This document shows, piece after piece, positions 29,901 to 44,331 of a DNA stretch of 64,000 bases; within the stretch, counting starts at the first letter, position 1; each line of letters begins with the position of its first letter. The position numbers were made by a program, and so were the translations under genes. The notes below the pieces were generated by a model that was not told where the DNA came from, did no database searches, and was given only the letters and a program-made list of their open reading frames with translations. Origin of the DNA: Raillietiella orientalis (taxonomy: Eukaryota); assembly GCA_036172245.1 (NCBI GenBank), contig JAYWIR010000035.1, forward strand, positions 992,001 to 1,056,000, written 5' to 3'.

Positions 29901-32900
29901 TCCTACAGCAGCACATGCTGACATAATTCAGCTGAATGTGTTTCCATGTTTAAATATAGGTGTAACTGTCAAGATAAATCCAATTTGCAATAGTGATATT
30001 TTAAAGTATCATCTACACCTGAAAGTAATTTAACAACAGTTTTTCTATTAGTCTAAAGAATATCGATCAATTGCAGAAATACTCAGGTAAATTGGCCATG
30101 AGCCCCATTGTCCATAAGAGGTACTCGGAATTTCAGTTTAATCCATTATGTAAAGATCGGAGAATTTGAAAGTATACTGAGATGAATGGAGTCAGCATAT
30201 CTATTACATCATGATCTCAACACTAGAATCCTAAAAACTCAGTGATTATTGAAAGTGTAAAAGTGTTTCTTTTGAAATGTGAATGTGTTGAAATCAGTAA
30301 ATATGTTTTTACTTTTGAAAAGCATTATTTATGCGAAAGAGCTCAATAAAATTCAATTCTTCACATTTTTCTCTTGTTATTTGCATTTTTTGCCATATGT
30401 AAGAATAGAGTAAACTAACATGAGCACCTGTGTGGGCTTATCAAAAGATTCAAATTTTGTTCAAATTTTCAGGAGGACTTGGTTTATCTGTATTTGATGC
30501 TTGTTTGGTTGGAGAGGAAATTGCTTATGGATGTACTGGTATATTGACAGCTGTATTAGCAAATGAATTAGGTGTAAGTATATTCTCAAAGTAAAAGGAT
30601 GAAAAATTATAGCAAAGTAGAGCATTTATGTATGATCAGTCAGTATCAAATACAACTGTCGATGAAATAACATCTTATAAATTTGAGAATGCAGCTTAGA
30701 ATGTATTGGAATGTAAATCCTAAAGTTTGAAATGAAATGTTATATGAAATTTGTAAAGTCAATTCGTAAAATAATTATGAACTCTACTGTGTTATTGTTT
30801 GTAGTGTGTGTTTCATGGCTGCAAATAATACGATGTAACAAAACCATTGTATGCTCTAAACACCTAAAAATACTTTTTCATGACATATAGGAAAATTGAT
30901 AACTATGTAATAAATAAGTTGCAGCTGAAATCCATTTTGTATTATTTGCGCCAGAAACTTTCAAAACCAATTCATGTAACCAGTAATTATTCTGGACATA
31001 ATGAATTTGCTCATCTTTATGAGAAAAACTCATAGGTCTAAGTCATGAGGTTTGAACCTTTGAATAAAAAAGTGCATGTTCTTTTCATGTTTCTTAATAA
31101 AAAACTAGCAATTAGGAAAGGCCCATTTTACCTATTAATGAATGTACTGAAATAATATGCTAATGAATAGCATACTATTTCAAAATACATACTTTCTAAT
31201 TATCGGTAAGGTTCTAGAACAATTTAGTTCTAAAGCTGTCCCATTTAGAACTTTATTTGTGGTTTATTTAAAAGTTCTGAAGTTTCTTTATGTGGTTTGA
31301 TTCTTCAGTCCTTGAATTTAATTGTTGGTTAGATGGCACCTGTACACATTGGAGGCAATGAACAACAAAAAAAGAAATATTTTACTCGTATGGTTGAAGA
31401 ACCATTAGTGTGCGTAAGTTATGTATGAATCTTATGTTTTATCTTCTGTGCAAGTCTTATTGTGTTAGTGAACCAGATACAGGCTCAGATGTAGCAGGAA
31501 TTAAAACCCATGCTATAAAGAAAGGAGACCACTATATTTTAAATGGTCAGAAAATGTGGATAACTAATGGTGGTTTTGCCAACTGGTGAGAACAATGTAC
31601 ATTTGTTATATGTTATAACTCATTTAAACAGATATTAATTGTGCTCTACATTATTGTCATTTGGGTACATTTGAATTTAAAACTTTTCTTCATTCTTCAG
31701 ACTTTATCAATTTTAGGAAAATATCTAAAAGGAAATCTATAAATTTTAAAAAGTCAATGAAATCAATGGAATACAAACTGGTTATTGCTGGAAAATCCGA
31801 TGTTACATAGTAGTGACATTGTTGAATGCTTGAAATTGTATTTCATTCAGATTGCACTCTCAGCAACGAATATTTGAGAAATGAAAATAGAGCAATAGTT
31901 GTAGGGAAATAAAGTAATTTCAGTTTGCAATGCCAAAAGCGTCTATTTTTGAATTTTATTGTTTGATAATTCTTGATTTCAATTATTTTTAGGCAAAATT
32001 CATCTTTGAAATGGTTTCTTAAACAAGTCGTATGTTTTATAGTGACAGATGTATGTTGTTTTTGATATTACATCATGATTTCAACACTGGAATGTGCCAT
32101 CTAACATGTAAATACTATAACCAAAACCAGAGTGACCTCAGGCACTCTGGTTTTGGTTTTATTACAGTGACATTCAGTTCTGTTTGCAATCGAGCTTTTT
32201 GATAACTAATTAAAACAAATTTGCTCTTAAATGTTAATCTTCAATTTAGTTCAGTGGGAGAAATTTCAGTCTTAAACAACACAGCGTAAGGTTTATGTTT
32301 TGAAAGTAAACCTGCACTGATGAATGATTACTTGTCAATATTTTGAGATGCAGATCAAAGTGAAAACGAAAAGGAAAGACTATGAAATTGTATAACGTCA
32401 GAAAATAAAAAGAGTATAAAAAATTTATATTTAAAATAAAAGATATTTAAATATAAAAAGGTATTTAAATCATTTTTTCCCGTCTTTATTTTTATCAAAA
32501 ATGATATAACATTTTTGATGTAAATAAAGAAGCTTATTTATATTTCATATATCGGTGTTTCAAAGTATAAGAAATCACCAGTATCCTAAGCTGAGACTGA
32601 TCTGAAAACTTCCATATGGTACGGAACTTATTTTCTGAACAGCACTAAAAGCAACTGAAATTAAACAAAGGCAGAACACTGCAAATAAGGAAACCAAAGC
32701 ATGCTAATAATTAACCAGTTGATAGTCTAAAAGTAATGTGTTGTGAGAACAAGTAGAATGTTCATAAGAAGTGCCGTTAGCATTTGAGTGTTAAAAAGCC
32801 AGATCTACTTGGAAACTGTAGAACCAAGTGCTTCTAAGTTACCCTAATGAATACGTGTTTAGTGAAACGCTCATACTAACGGGAATTAAAAAATGCAACA

Positions 32901-34810
32901 AGTTTTTCAACAAGGCCAAGAATCTTGATCAGAGAACCGAGAAAGCACAGCACTAAATGCTGTTTCTTGGTTTGCCTACCATCCGAATCTCCGTGTCCAA
33001 CAATAAAATCTCGTTTTTGTTGGTAGCATTATCCACTTGCAACAGCTGAATTAACGTTGTTGTTCTCCATTAAAGTTCATGAGGAAAAGTTTATAATGAA
33101 AAAGATGATTTTAATGATTATATTTTGTTTCTTTGAGCGTTTGGTCATTTTGGTTAATTTATCATAATCAGTTCCGAGGATTAAAAATTGTTATTGTATT
33201 TTAAAAGTTAAAGTCGATTTATATTTTATCAAAAACGGTGACATCATTTCGGAGATTGAATGTTTTCGATGTTTACTTGTAGATAATAAAATGGCAAATA
33301 ATTTGCAAGGGTCGGTGTTTACATTCAATTTAATCACATATGAAGAATAACAATAAGATTGATTGATTAGCAAAACACTTGGAAGGCAAACTTTGAAAAG
33401 CAAGAAAATCGTTTTCTCAAGTTGAAGAGTAACAGCTTTTATGCAGGGAATTAACGCAAATCGTGTTGTCCGCATGTTTTAAATGCTGTGATTCATTGGA
33501 TGTTGTAATGAGTTCAGACAGAAAGAGTTTTCGCGAGTGAATAAATGAAAAGGACTCATTAGGTTGATAGATCTTGCGTATGTAATTACAAAAATCAGTG
33601 GAATAAAAAGAATAATTAATAAAACGGAAACTAGCGGATGTGACCAATATCAAATGCATTTACACAATAAAGTGATTTTATGCCAAAGGTGCCCTTTATT
33701 TAAGTGCCTTTTATCCCTTTTTTTTACCAAGAGATGTGAGTCCAAAATCTAGGATTAACATCGTTAGCTACTTATTTATTTTGTCAAGTAAATCAAAAGA
33801 GCAATTTAACTGCAAAAAATAAGTAGAACAAGTAACAAAACTCAGGCACTAAATGGTGAAATGTTCAGTTATATACAAAATCATGTCATTGTCAAAGCTG
33901 CATATATGAGTATGATGTTGGCTTCCAAAATATGTATTGATAAAACATTAGATTATGTTTTTTTTATTCTTTTACTGTGCAGGTACTTCGTATTAGCACG
34001 TACTGATCTTAATCCTAATTGTCCAAGTCACAAAGCACTTACTGGTTTTATAGTTGAACGAGAATGGCCAGGAGTCACACCAGGAAAGAAGGTAAAAAAA
34101 ACTGATGAATGTGTTCAGTTCAAGTGACTAATGAAGGAAAATAGGAAATAAACATGGGTCAGCGTTGTTCTGACACTAGAGGGGTGGCATTTGAGGATGT
34201 GCAAATTCCTATTGAAAACATGTTGATGGGGGAAGGAACTGGATTCAAAATTGCAATGGGTGCTTTTGATATTACTCGACCACCAGTGAGTTAGGCAAAT
34301 ATTGCTTCTCTTAATTAATTAGAGATTTGAAAGCTGTATCAATATTAGGTAATACTTTTAGGTAGCAGCTGGTGCAACTGGACTAGCACAACGCTGTTTG
34401 GATGAGGCTAAGCAGTATGCCCAACAGAGAAAAACATTCGGTGCTGAAATCATTTCACATCAGGTTGATTACTTCATACATTTCATTAACACATTAAGTG
34501 TCTCAAGGCAATACTTTTTATGCTAGCGGAAATGGCAATAGGTGTGGAACTAGCACGACTTTCTTGGATGAGGGCTGCCTGGGAATATGATAACAAACGG
34601 CGCAACACTTATTACGCATCAATAGCAAAAGCATTTTCTGCTGACGTAGCTAACAAATGTGCAGCAGATGCTGTTCAGATCTTTGGGGGTAATGGATACA
34701 ATACTGAATACCCAGTTGAAAAGTTGATGCGTGATGCAAAGATATTTCAAATTTATGAAGGTACCTCTCAGATTCAGAGGCTGATTATTGGACGTTCATT
34801 GATAGACTAA
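26959..34810 (+). CDS. ACADM: Medium-chain specific acyl-CoA dehydrogenase, mitochondrial (411 aa)
   Basis: Exons 26959-26964, 27091-27184, 27269-27436, 30473-30573, 31333-31413, 31455-31585, 33983-34091, 34145-34285, 34362-34463, 34508-34810 join in frame. Basic presequence-like N-terminus; motifs [41 protein letters not shown] and catalytic [10 protein letters not shown]. Confidence 0.96.
32119..32158. repeat. Perfect 16-bp inverted repeat with 8-nt loop, in ACADM intron 6
   Basis: AACCAAAACCAGAGTG-acctcagg-CACTCTGGTTTTGGTT. Confidence 0.85.
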
Positions 34811-35002
34811 AAAATGCAAAACGTTAAATTTTATGAATGTATGATTCCTCTCATTTCTCAAGAGATAGCATCTTAGTTTTTAAAAAAACTTTGGAAATAC
34901 ATCAAGCAAACAGTAAGCATTCCAACATGCTTAGCATTTTAGTAAACCAAGTTCGTGAGTGATATTTTTTGTTAGTTTGGTACATGAATATCATGCAAAT
35001 GG

Positions 35003-35008
35003 AATAAA
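35003..35008 (+). terminator. Putative polyadenylation signal of ACADM
   Basis: AATAAA about 190 nt after the stop, followed by a GT/T-rich tract. Confidence 0.55.
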
Positions 35009-35343
35009 TGGATACATGTACTTATTTCGTGTTGGTTAGTTAATTAATTTTGTTTTATTACGTATAACATGTATTTATTGCACAATCGATGAGCAAAGAG
35101 AATCATCTTATAATAATCTTTTTACAGAATCGTTTCATGATGGAACATGAAACATTATTTGCAAAACTATATGTATGTCGTAGTCTGTCAGAAACAATGC
35201 AAAACATGTATAAAAGATCACAAATGATGTAATTTTTAAAAAGTTATATAAAACTATATTTTATAAAATACTTTATAATGACATCACTGAAATCACCTAA
35301 AAGGAAGTTGTTACATTGTATCACAGAAAGCATGTAAACTTGC

Positions 35344-38300
35344 TTAGTGTGGCAATTTTTTTCTGAGACTAAACATCAAATCGGAACTGGTATCTGCAGC
35401 ATAGTAAATGTTTGATCCATTGGGGAAAATGATTTCTGAAACAATGAGTTGATATCAGAGGACATCTAACACTTGATTCTTACCACGATCAGGAAGTAAT
35501 TGTGAGAGCTGATAGTCTTCTGGGTTGCCATTGATGTTGTGTTTATCTAATGCTTTTCTGATCACAGTTGCAGTACGTTCGTGGTTGAAAAGCATTATGC
35601 TTTTGTAAATATTTATACCTTCCATTTCACTATTCCAAGATTCTACAGATACTTTTATCACATAAAAATTGCTGTTTTCATGTTGCTGCATTGTGCACTT
35701 AGGCAGTTTACCATTTCTGTGGTGTTTTATGCTTGATGCTAGCGATAATTCGGCATTAGCACCAGTATCATATGAAACAGCAGTTGAATTTGCACATTTG
35801 GCAGGATTAGATTTTTCATTTATCACAGATAGATTGTTAGTGGAATGTGAAAGAATATCTGGAAAAAATATCTAATCTCCAACAGTTTTAAAATGATAAT
35901 TACTTTTCCCATAATTATTTGGTTCAATGATGCAGGAAAGCTCATAACTGCACTTTTCATCTAGGACTAGACAAGAATTGTACCATCTTTCAAATTCTGC
36001 ATCAACATGGAAACTGTACATCTGAGCTGAGCTTTGTAATAACTTTAACTGAAAAGTACATTCATTAATACATTTTCATAAATAAACTGCTGCTAATGAA
36101 ATGTATTTTGTGCTTTTGATTATGTGTCTGTACTCTTAATTACGAGTCCCAGAGGTAGAGATTACTGATTGAATGCATTGTATTCATTAATGCTTGCATT
36201 ACCTGAGCTAGGATTTCAAATTCTTTTCTACGTTTATCAAAATGTAAAAGTGAACCATCAAGATAATCGGGCATGGCTGTATCAATCATTGTTAAATCTG
36301 TGAGGAACGTACCCAAATATGGTATGGTGCCATATGCTGTGTTCTAAATGCGGCATTAATGAATTATTGTGACTTCAAGTGTACAATACCATGGGATTGA
36401 CGTTATTCTTCTGCACTGATTTGGAACAGTGTCGATCGTTTTGTCCTATGAAACCAGCAGATTTGGCTGTTCCTTCCTTTTCTAACAAATTTCTTTGTGT
36501 GCGTAAGTTATCTTCTTCACTAAAGATGCTTGCTAAATCATTGTAAATTTCCATCTACAATGCAAAAAATGGAAATTAATCCTCCAAGGATTGGTTTATT
36601 TTAGAAAGCATACTCCGTTATTATAGAGATTATTAAGATCGTCAAATTATTCTACCTCAAATTATGGGAACTAATGTGCATTATGCAAGTGATCTTGCAA
36701 AAAAAAAAAAAAATTCTAACATCTTCCGTGCACTTATGTTGAACAGTTTTCATTTACTGTATTATATGCACAGTAAAGTATGAATTCAAGATAAGGAATA
36801 TAAATTATTTAGGCCAAAACTTAAAATGAAGATTTTTCCGAGCAATGTTACATACAAAAATGCATGAACTCAATAAACACATGCCTTACATGCGTTTAAC
36901 AAGGTTCAGAATGTCTCCAATGTGGTTATGGCAAACAAGACTCATTAATATGGAACAGTCAACAGATAACCGAATGTGTAGGAGGATGTTTTTAACTCCA
37001 ACTTGTGCTGAGTTGTAGATTTATAACAAACTTTACCATGATTAATAACCTGTAACAATTTTTGAACGTTTCGGTCTCATGAAGAGATAAACTTTTGGTA
37101 ACCAAATGAACTGAGAAATCAAGTCACACTAATTTGTATAAAAAGAAACAAAGTTAAAGAAACAACTAAGCTTAAAACGCTGAGAACTTTCACAAAATAA
37201 CACAAACTGAAAATATAAATCCAAATGTAAGAACAATTTTCAGTTTCGCACAATTCTTGAGTTCCTTCAAAAATTTAAATGGAGAGACCTATAATCTGAA
37301 GTCAGTAAGTATTTTTAATGAATAACTAATTGAACAAAAATCAATTACTCTATTTAGTTCTTAATGAAACTTTCAAGAAATGAGAATAAAGTTTACAGAA
37401 AATGTTTTAAAGTAAAAGTCTTGAAAATGTCCTCAGAAATCATGCAAACAGCTTTTGATTACTGTAGCAGGAAGACATGATTGAGACAATGGAAAGCTTC
37501 TTGAATTGGGAAAACTTTAAAACCACAGTTTTGATTTCAATTACTAAATTACTTGCTTCACATTAACTAAACAAAAAGTGAACATTTTTGTACTTATATA
37601 ACTGAAATTGTTTAAAAATGTAAAAGGATCACCTTATCTTTCGGAACAGCACTCCAAATTTTTCTTAAACGATGAACTGGCAGAGATTGCAATCCACTCA
37701 CTATAGCTTTCAAAGAAGAAAAATTCTTTAGACACCTTAATTCCTTTAAATGTGAAGTAAAAGTAACTGATATGAATGATAAATTAGTTCTTTAAACCTG
37801 AGCTACATTAATCCACTTTACAATAATTTTCACTCTTTCATATGGTTTAGCATCAGCATTAATTAGAATTGTGCTCATAACCCGAAATGAGACAGCATTG
37901 AATTGCTGAATTGTTGCAACAACTGTAGGAGATTTATTATCTTTTTCTTTGTCACGGCGGGACCAAACTGCTCCAAGACACTGATAAGGTATGAGGTGCA
38001 GAAATAATTCCTAAATAGGGAACACAATTTAGCATATCGATCTTTTCATTATGAATCTTAAATCTTTTGCATTTGATTATAACTAAACCTCGCACTGCAT
38101 AACTTTGTACATCAAATCCAAAAAGTTATACAGTAAAACTGTAGTGCTATGCCACAATAAGGTATATTTGTATTACCAATAATACTACTACATGAGAACA
38201 TTATCTAGTACATTTGCACATCTAATGTCCAAAGTTGTATACTACATGACAGTGCCATATAACTTGAGACATTTGGAGAAATAATGTAATATGCATACAC

Positions 38301-41300
38301 TAATAAACTCATGTAATTTTCATAGCTTCAATCAACCTAAATAAGTCAGCTCTTCTAACTTCTGTATCATTCAAAGCATTCAAAATAATTTCAAGACATC
38401 ACATAAACTTACTGAACAGAAACTTATTGGTGAGCAAAATTACCTTCCACATTTTAAGAAACAAATTTTCACCCATTTGTTGATCATTCAACAACTAAAC
38501 TTAGTGATTATTTGAATATTTATTTCTTATAAATCATAATTGCACACTTGGATTCTTGAAATTCAATAATAAATACTTTTCAATTTATGTTTTCTAAGAT
38601 AGCATACAATTCAACAAAAACATAATAGGACTAATCGTAAGAACTATTACTATTTATTTGAAAATGTTCCAATTTGATTCCGAAAACAATGTTGAATGCT
38701 GGGAATTTAATGAAACTTGAAAGTCTGTATTTATTCAAAAATCTGTATTTATAGCTTACAATGAATAAATTTTCAGCTAACTCTAAACCAATAATTGTTG
38801 AACAGCACACGTTTATAAGATACCCTGCAGGCTATCATTAGCCTGCAGGGTGTCTTGTAAATGTACCTTGTATACATACTGCACATGTATATATATATTA
38901 TCACATAAGTATGAACAAAATCATCATTATCAACAAAAAGAAATTTCATTATCGAGTACAATGAAACCAACAAATTCTGCCATAAATCAATTCCATTATG
39001 AACCAATTTTTTTTTTACGAGTGATCTTTTTTAATGACAATTAGTCACCTTGATTATAGAAATACAGATTTATTTATAAAAGTAATTTTCTGACAGAAAC
39101 ATGCATTTTTAACAGAAGCATTTAATTCAGTGAAGTAAACTGCCTGAAATGAGATTTCACAGTACTTGTTGCACAAGTCCCCAAATCCAGTCTAACTTGA
39201 GAAAACAAGCCCATATTTTCATAGGAGACATCTATGATTTACCCATGAGAATTTTTTGGAATGTAACAAAAGGCAGATACCTTGTATAAACATGTTCGTA
39301 GTAATTCTGAAATGCACCCCAAACACTCCATCACTTTCTTTTCTCTTGCATAATGAAATGCTAGTATAGTTCACAAAATGTCTCAAAGAACATGATAAAT
39401 GCTCATTTGGCATATATCTTTTTGTTCATGTTTACCCAAACCCTGACTTACGTTTCCGAGATCCAAAGATACAGTGAATACCTAAATGCTCATCTGCATT
39501 ACAGACAAAGAGAAGACCTACATAGAAATTACTGAGAAATACACTATCAAATAAGATAGGTCTGAATCAGCTGAAAATAACGTTGCCTCAAAATATTATT
39601 TATTCATAAAACAAAATTCGATGTACACATGTACTTGACGATATGTGTAAGATAGAATTATCTACCTTAAATAAAAACTTATGTAGTCCTTAGAATGATT
39701 TCAAATCATCGAATTTGCAATTTTTTTGTCTTGTAACATTTACATCAATTGTTTCTGTTTCTCCCTCATTTCATTCTTCACCTTGCATATAAGAGAATGC
39801 AACGATAGCAAAACTGCATGGAAAAAGCATATGTACCCTTGAAAAACAATTCAAAACAAGACAAGAGAAGTGAGATTACCATGTGAAGTATAAGCCCATC
39901 TGTGGTCTGCACCACAGTAAAAACATCTATATGCTCCTTTTGAAATTGCTTAGTAGAGCACTACACATTTATATAAATTACGAATAGCACATGTTAATAA
40001 ACAGAACCACTAAGACTAAAATTTGAAAATAGATCATTTAAATGCACAGGACTGCAGGGTGAAAATGGCACTAAAAGTGGCTGCAGAACACTAAAGCAGC
40101 TTTGTATTTTTTTTTTCTAATGTAATAACATTCTATATTTGACCATTGAAACTCTAAATTAAAAATATTAATGTTCTCATCACACAAATGCATATTTGCA
40201 AAAGCAGCACATCAAATGATTGAAAGATAAATTTCACAATTTCATACAATTGATACAATTTTTGATGGATCTTTGTCAGATAAAACTTAATTATGTAGCA
40301 CTGGTGCACTGTCAGATTTTTCATTACAATTCACCACAGTTTAAAAATGAGTCACTCAAGACAAGAATTCATTTATCAAAATGCAAGACAAGCATATTCC
40401 TTATAACATCGTCAAATATAAGATTTTGAAGATTTTCCAAATCGGAAGTTACAATTCGCAGATGATTTAATTTAGGACAGAGAATTTAAAATAAACCATG
40501 AAATTTTAGCAATCTAACACAGAAACCGCAAAGATTTGCGCCATTCCCGAAATACATATGCAAGGGGCAAACATTCTTAAACAAATGACTGCTTGTTTTG
40601 CCTGAGTATTTTGTTACAAAAATGGATTAATTTCAGGCAAGCAAAAATGAAAATCTTGCATGTACTCAGTCTGTAAGAGCTACTGATTATAGAAACTAAT
40701 TTGTTGCCACATAAACTACTATCATATGATTATTATGCAAATGAGCTTCATTCAATGTTAATCACTTTCAGTGATCTTACTTTATGTGAAATCAAATTAT
40801 TAATCGTGTTTGATATCTTTCTTTTTTAACTTGTACTACATCATGAAGAACACTTGGGAATGAAAATGAAAATACAAAAACTAGAAAAATGATTATGCAA
40901 TGCTTCAATTTGTTAAATTTTGAAACATCTGAATGTACTATTTACGTTTGCATTTTAAGTAATTAAAGAAATAAAAATAACAAATCATGATGATTCAACA
41001 ATTTATTCCTTAAACCATCTTTTATATTATAAAATGTTATCCAAACTAATGTTTTAAAATACATGTACATACATAAACATACTTGCTGAGAAAACCTTCA
41101 ACAAATGAATTTTTGATAATTAGTTTGATAATTATTAATACTGCACATGCATGTGTCTTATTAGTAACTGTTGAAGAATCTTCTTTTCAGTTAGCAATAA
41201 ATAATAATAATTGCAAGTGAACTTACACAGTCAATTCGAGTCAGTTGCTCAGCAATGGTAGAAGATGGGAAATGAAGAAAACTCTCAGTGTGATCCATCA

Positions 41301-44300
41301 TGGAAGTATCCAGATCATATTTTGCAAAACTGCTACACAGCATAAAATGATTGCAGCATGGTAATGACAATGAAGCTGTAAAAATGGTTAATAAATTAAG
41401 AGACATTTAATAAACACATACCATGATGACAGTATTGATTTTGCATGTGAAAGTGATTTGAAAGTCTATGGAAAATGGATACATCTTTTTCAAATATTTC
41501 ATTGAGTTTATATAGTAAATTTAAATTCGGGCATTCAGGGCAATCAGAGGATTGAAAATCCTCAGGATAGTTTTCCAGCCATAATACCAACACTTGTTTT
41601 GAAACCCTGAATTGTTATGCTCAAATAAGGTAAAGTGCACAATATCTTACTTTTTTTTTTGAGATTCAAACTTTGTAGGAGTTAGCTGGCATCCATCCAG
41701 AAGCTGATACCTATTTGATGTTCAAACTTTTCATCAGACAGTAGAAAGATTTAATGAATTCAAAATTTATCTTAAAATATTACATGATTCATAAATAAAT
41801 ATATTCTATACAATTTTAATGGTTTGAAAATTTAATAGCCTTGCTTTAAAACAACATCAAACACAGTATCATTACCTATTAATAATTAGGTCTAAAACAA
41901 GTTCAGGAGTTGAGAATGCCCGATACGTAGCAAAGAAAATATTTACAAAAGTAGAATCCATTTCTCCATTTTCATCAACAAATGACTCAATTAACTTATC
42001 AAGTGTGCCAGCTTTCAAAAATTTCACCTTTCTAGTTTCCCATTCTAAATGTGATATTCCATCAGAAGAAACCTAACATTGAAAGAAATGTTCAATCATA
42101 AATATTTAAAATGAAACTGCTGTTCACATTAATTGAATCCTTGCTTGGTTTGTGGTAGTTTATTTTCTTTAGGAAGACAGTATAAATGGCATCTTTTGTG
42201 CGTTCTTCTCCACAAAACCTTAATGTTGGTAATCTATTCTGAAACAAGAGACTAAACTCTTCACAATACTTTGGAATGTTCTGAATTGCTTTATTATAAT
42301 GCAAAATAGAAAAAAAAATTAGGTATACAAAAATTATACACCATTAGATCTAATTTTTTATATGCTGTTACAGTGTGAGTATAGGAATGTACAAAATATT
42401 AATTGTTTAGAGTACGAAGATAAGATATGAATGCAAATTTCTTTCCTTAGAAAAATTAACGAGCATATTACAGAAAATAAACACTTATCACACATCAAAT
42501 GTGACAACTGAGGAGAAACAGAAAAAACACTCATCTTCAAACCACACTTCTAGCTTACTTGAATGAAAAATTGAAATGGAGAAGCAACACCTCAACATAG
42601 AATATACACTTGATCACAAATAATTTTTTTTTTGAACCAATAATTTGAACTGTTCCCATATCAACAAATATGCATACTTATTTCTGTTACTCATCCTATT
42701 TAACAAACTCAAGACTCCCATAAAAACCCTCACTGAACTGAAACACCACACACATTATTATCCATGTCAACAATTCCTAATTGCACAATTCCATGATGTA
42801 GTGTTGTATCTGTTTTCCTTACTAAAATTTATTTTTTTCTCATTCTTAGGTAAGTAACTAAACATTAGGTCACCTCCATTTTAAAAGACTTCTTTAACCA
42901 CACCATTAATACAAACTAAATACAACACTTTGCTACCTATTACAAGGTCACTTACATGAAACTATAGAGAGGAAACTTCATTTCATTGTATCTTTTCAAG
43001 CTTTTAAGCAAACACCCCAGGACCTACATCACTTACCATATTCTCAACTTTTATTATAAAACTCTTTTCTTCCTTTCCTGTTTTCTTATGTTACATCAAG
43101 ATGCAAAAATCTGTTTCTTTAGTTCTTTGTCTTACCTATAAGTGATCGGAAATTATTTTATTCCTTCACGAAGAAATCTAATTTGCATTTTAATTACAAA
43201 ATAGTTAAGCTTTGCTATCACATGGGCTTGATAACAACTGATATAACTGTCATCATCAGCATTTACAAGACATTCTATGAACATTATTTTGAGATTCCTT
43301 TGAAGTTCTCTCATTTTTAAAAAGATCATTTTTCACCACTTTGTTGATAAGAATCTTAATGTTCACAAACATGAAATGCTTAAATGCAAGACAAAAATTA
43401 ATTACTCCTTGCAGTGGTATTAAACATTAGCTATTACAGATTACTTCCAGTATTCAAGTAATCTTACAACATCTGCACAAACCAAATAGAGTATCCCCGA
43501 ACTTCTGCTTGTTACACCTCCTCTAATTGCAAAAATGCATTTATATGGCCTAAAGGTATTAAGACTATACCTTATTTTGGGCAGTTAAAGTAAAACACGG
43601 AAACAATGTTTGAACTGTATTAATCAAAGCTGCTTCACAAGTTAGGTTCTCATTAGAAAAAAACAATAACTAAAACCTCAGAAAATCGATCAAGGATTAC
43701 GAAAACCATTCAAATTAAATTCATTATGCGTTTTTTAATTACACAATTACCGGGAGTGCTCAATAATTAAACAGCAGTTGCACTACAAAGAAACAATGTC
43801 TAAAATGCACATGACTATTCGAAAGACAAGACACAGAGCAATAATCATACATAAGCTATTCTGACTTAAGAATCTGCACAGCACTTTCATTCTGAAATAT
43901 ATAAAAAAATAACATAAACGGAAAACGAACATCTTACCATGCAAAACAGATAACAAAACATTAGAAAAAATAGGGATATTGTCAAACACAGTTACTCCTA
44001 AACAAGCTACATTCAAATGGAAAATTTTTAGTAACATGGTGCCCAAAACTGTTATTTTCAATCAAACATTAAACGCTAAACCAAGTCAATCAAACATAGA
44101 AGCTATGCCGAAGCTTATCAAATAATTCGAACACAATGCAAAATTTCTGTGGATACATTCCACTGAAAGAGTGCAACATAAAAATACACACACATACACC
44201 AAAAACACAAAACAAAAACATATCTACATTCAGGATGAAAGATTTTGCACGAATATTTTTAAACGTTACTAAAAGCTTACTGTTTTTCCTGGAGTCGTTT

Positions 44301-44331
44301 CTCTATTTTTGTCAGGTAGCCATTCATCCAT
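35344..44331 (-). CDS. Rgl: Ral guanine nucleotide dissociation stimulator-like (REM, CDC25 RasGEF and RA domains), about 664 aa
   Basis: Exons 44331-44281 (inferred first exon [17 protein letters not shown], lower confidence), 42238-42128, 42072-41876, 41710-41651, 41606-41422, 41375-41227, 38010-37798, 37743-37633, 36554-36390, 36343-36203, 36048-35904, 35858-35484, 35435-35344. Motifs [72 protein letters not shown] and RA-domain IYKSIML...YQLSQLLPD. Confidence 0.93.

Noticed and set aside
32650..33750. Possible nested gene or insertion in ACADM intron 6
   Set aside because: Only short ORFs with no homology or consistent splice structure
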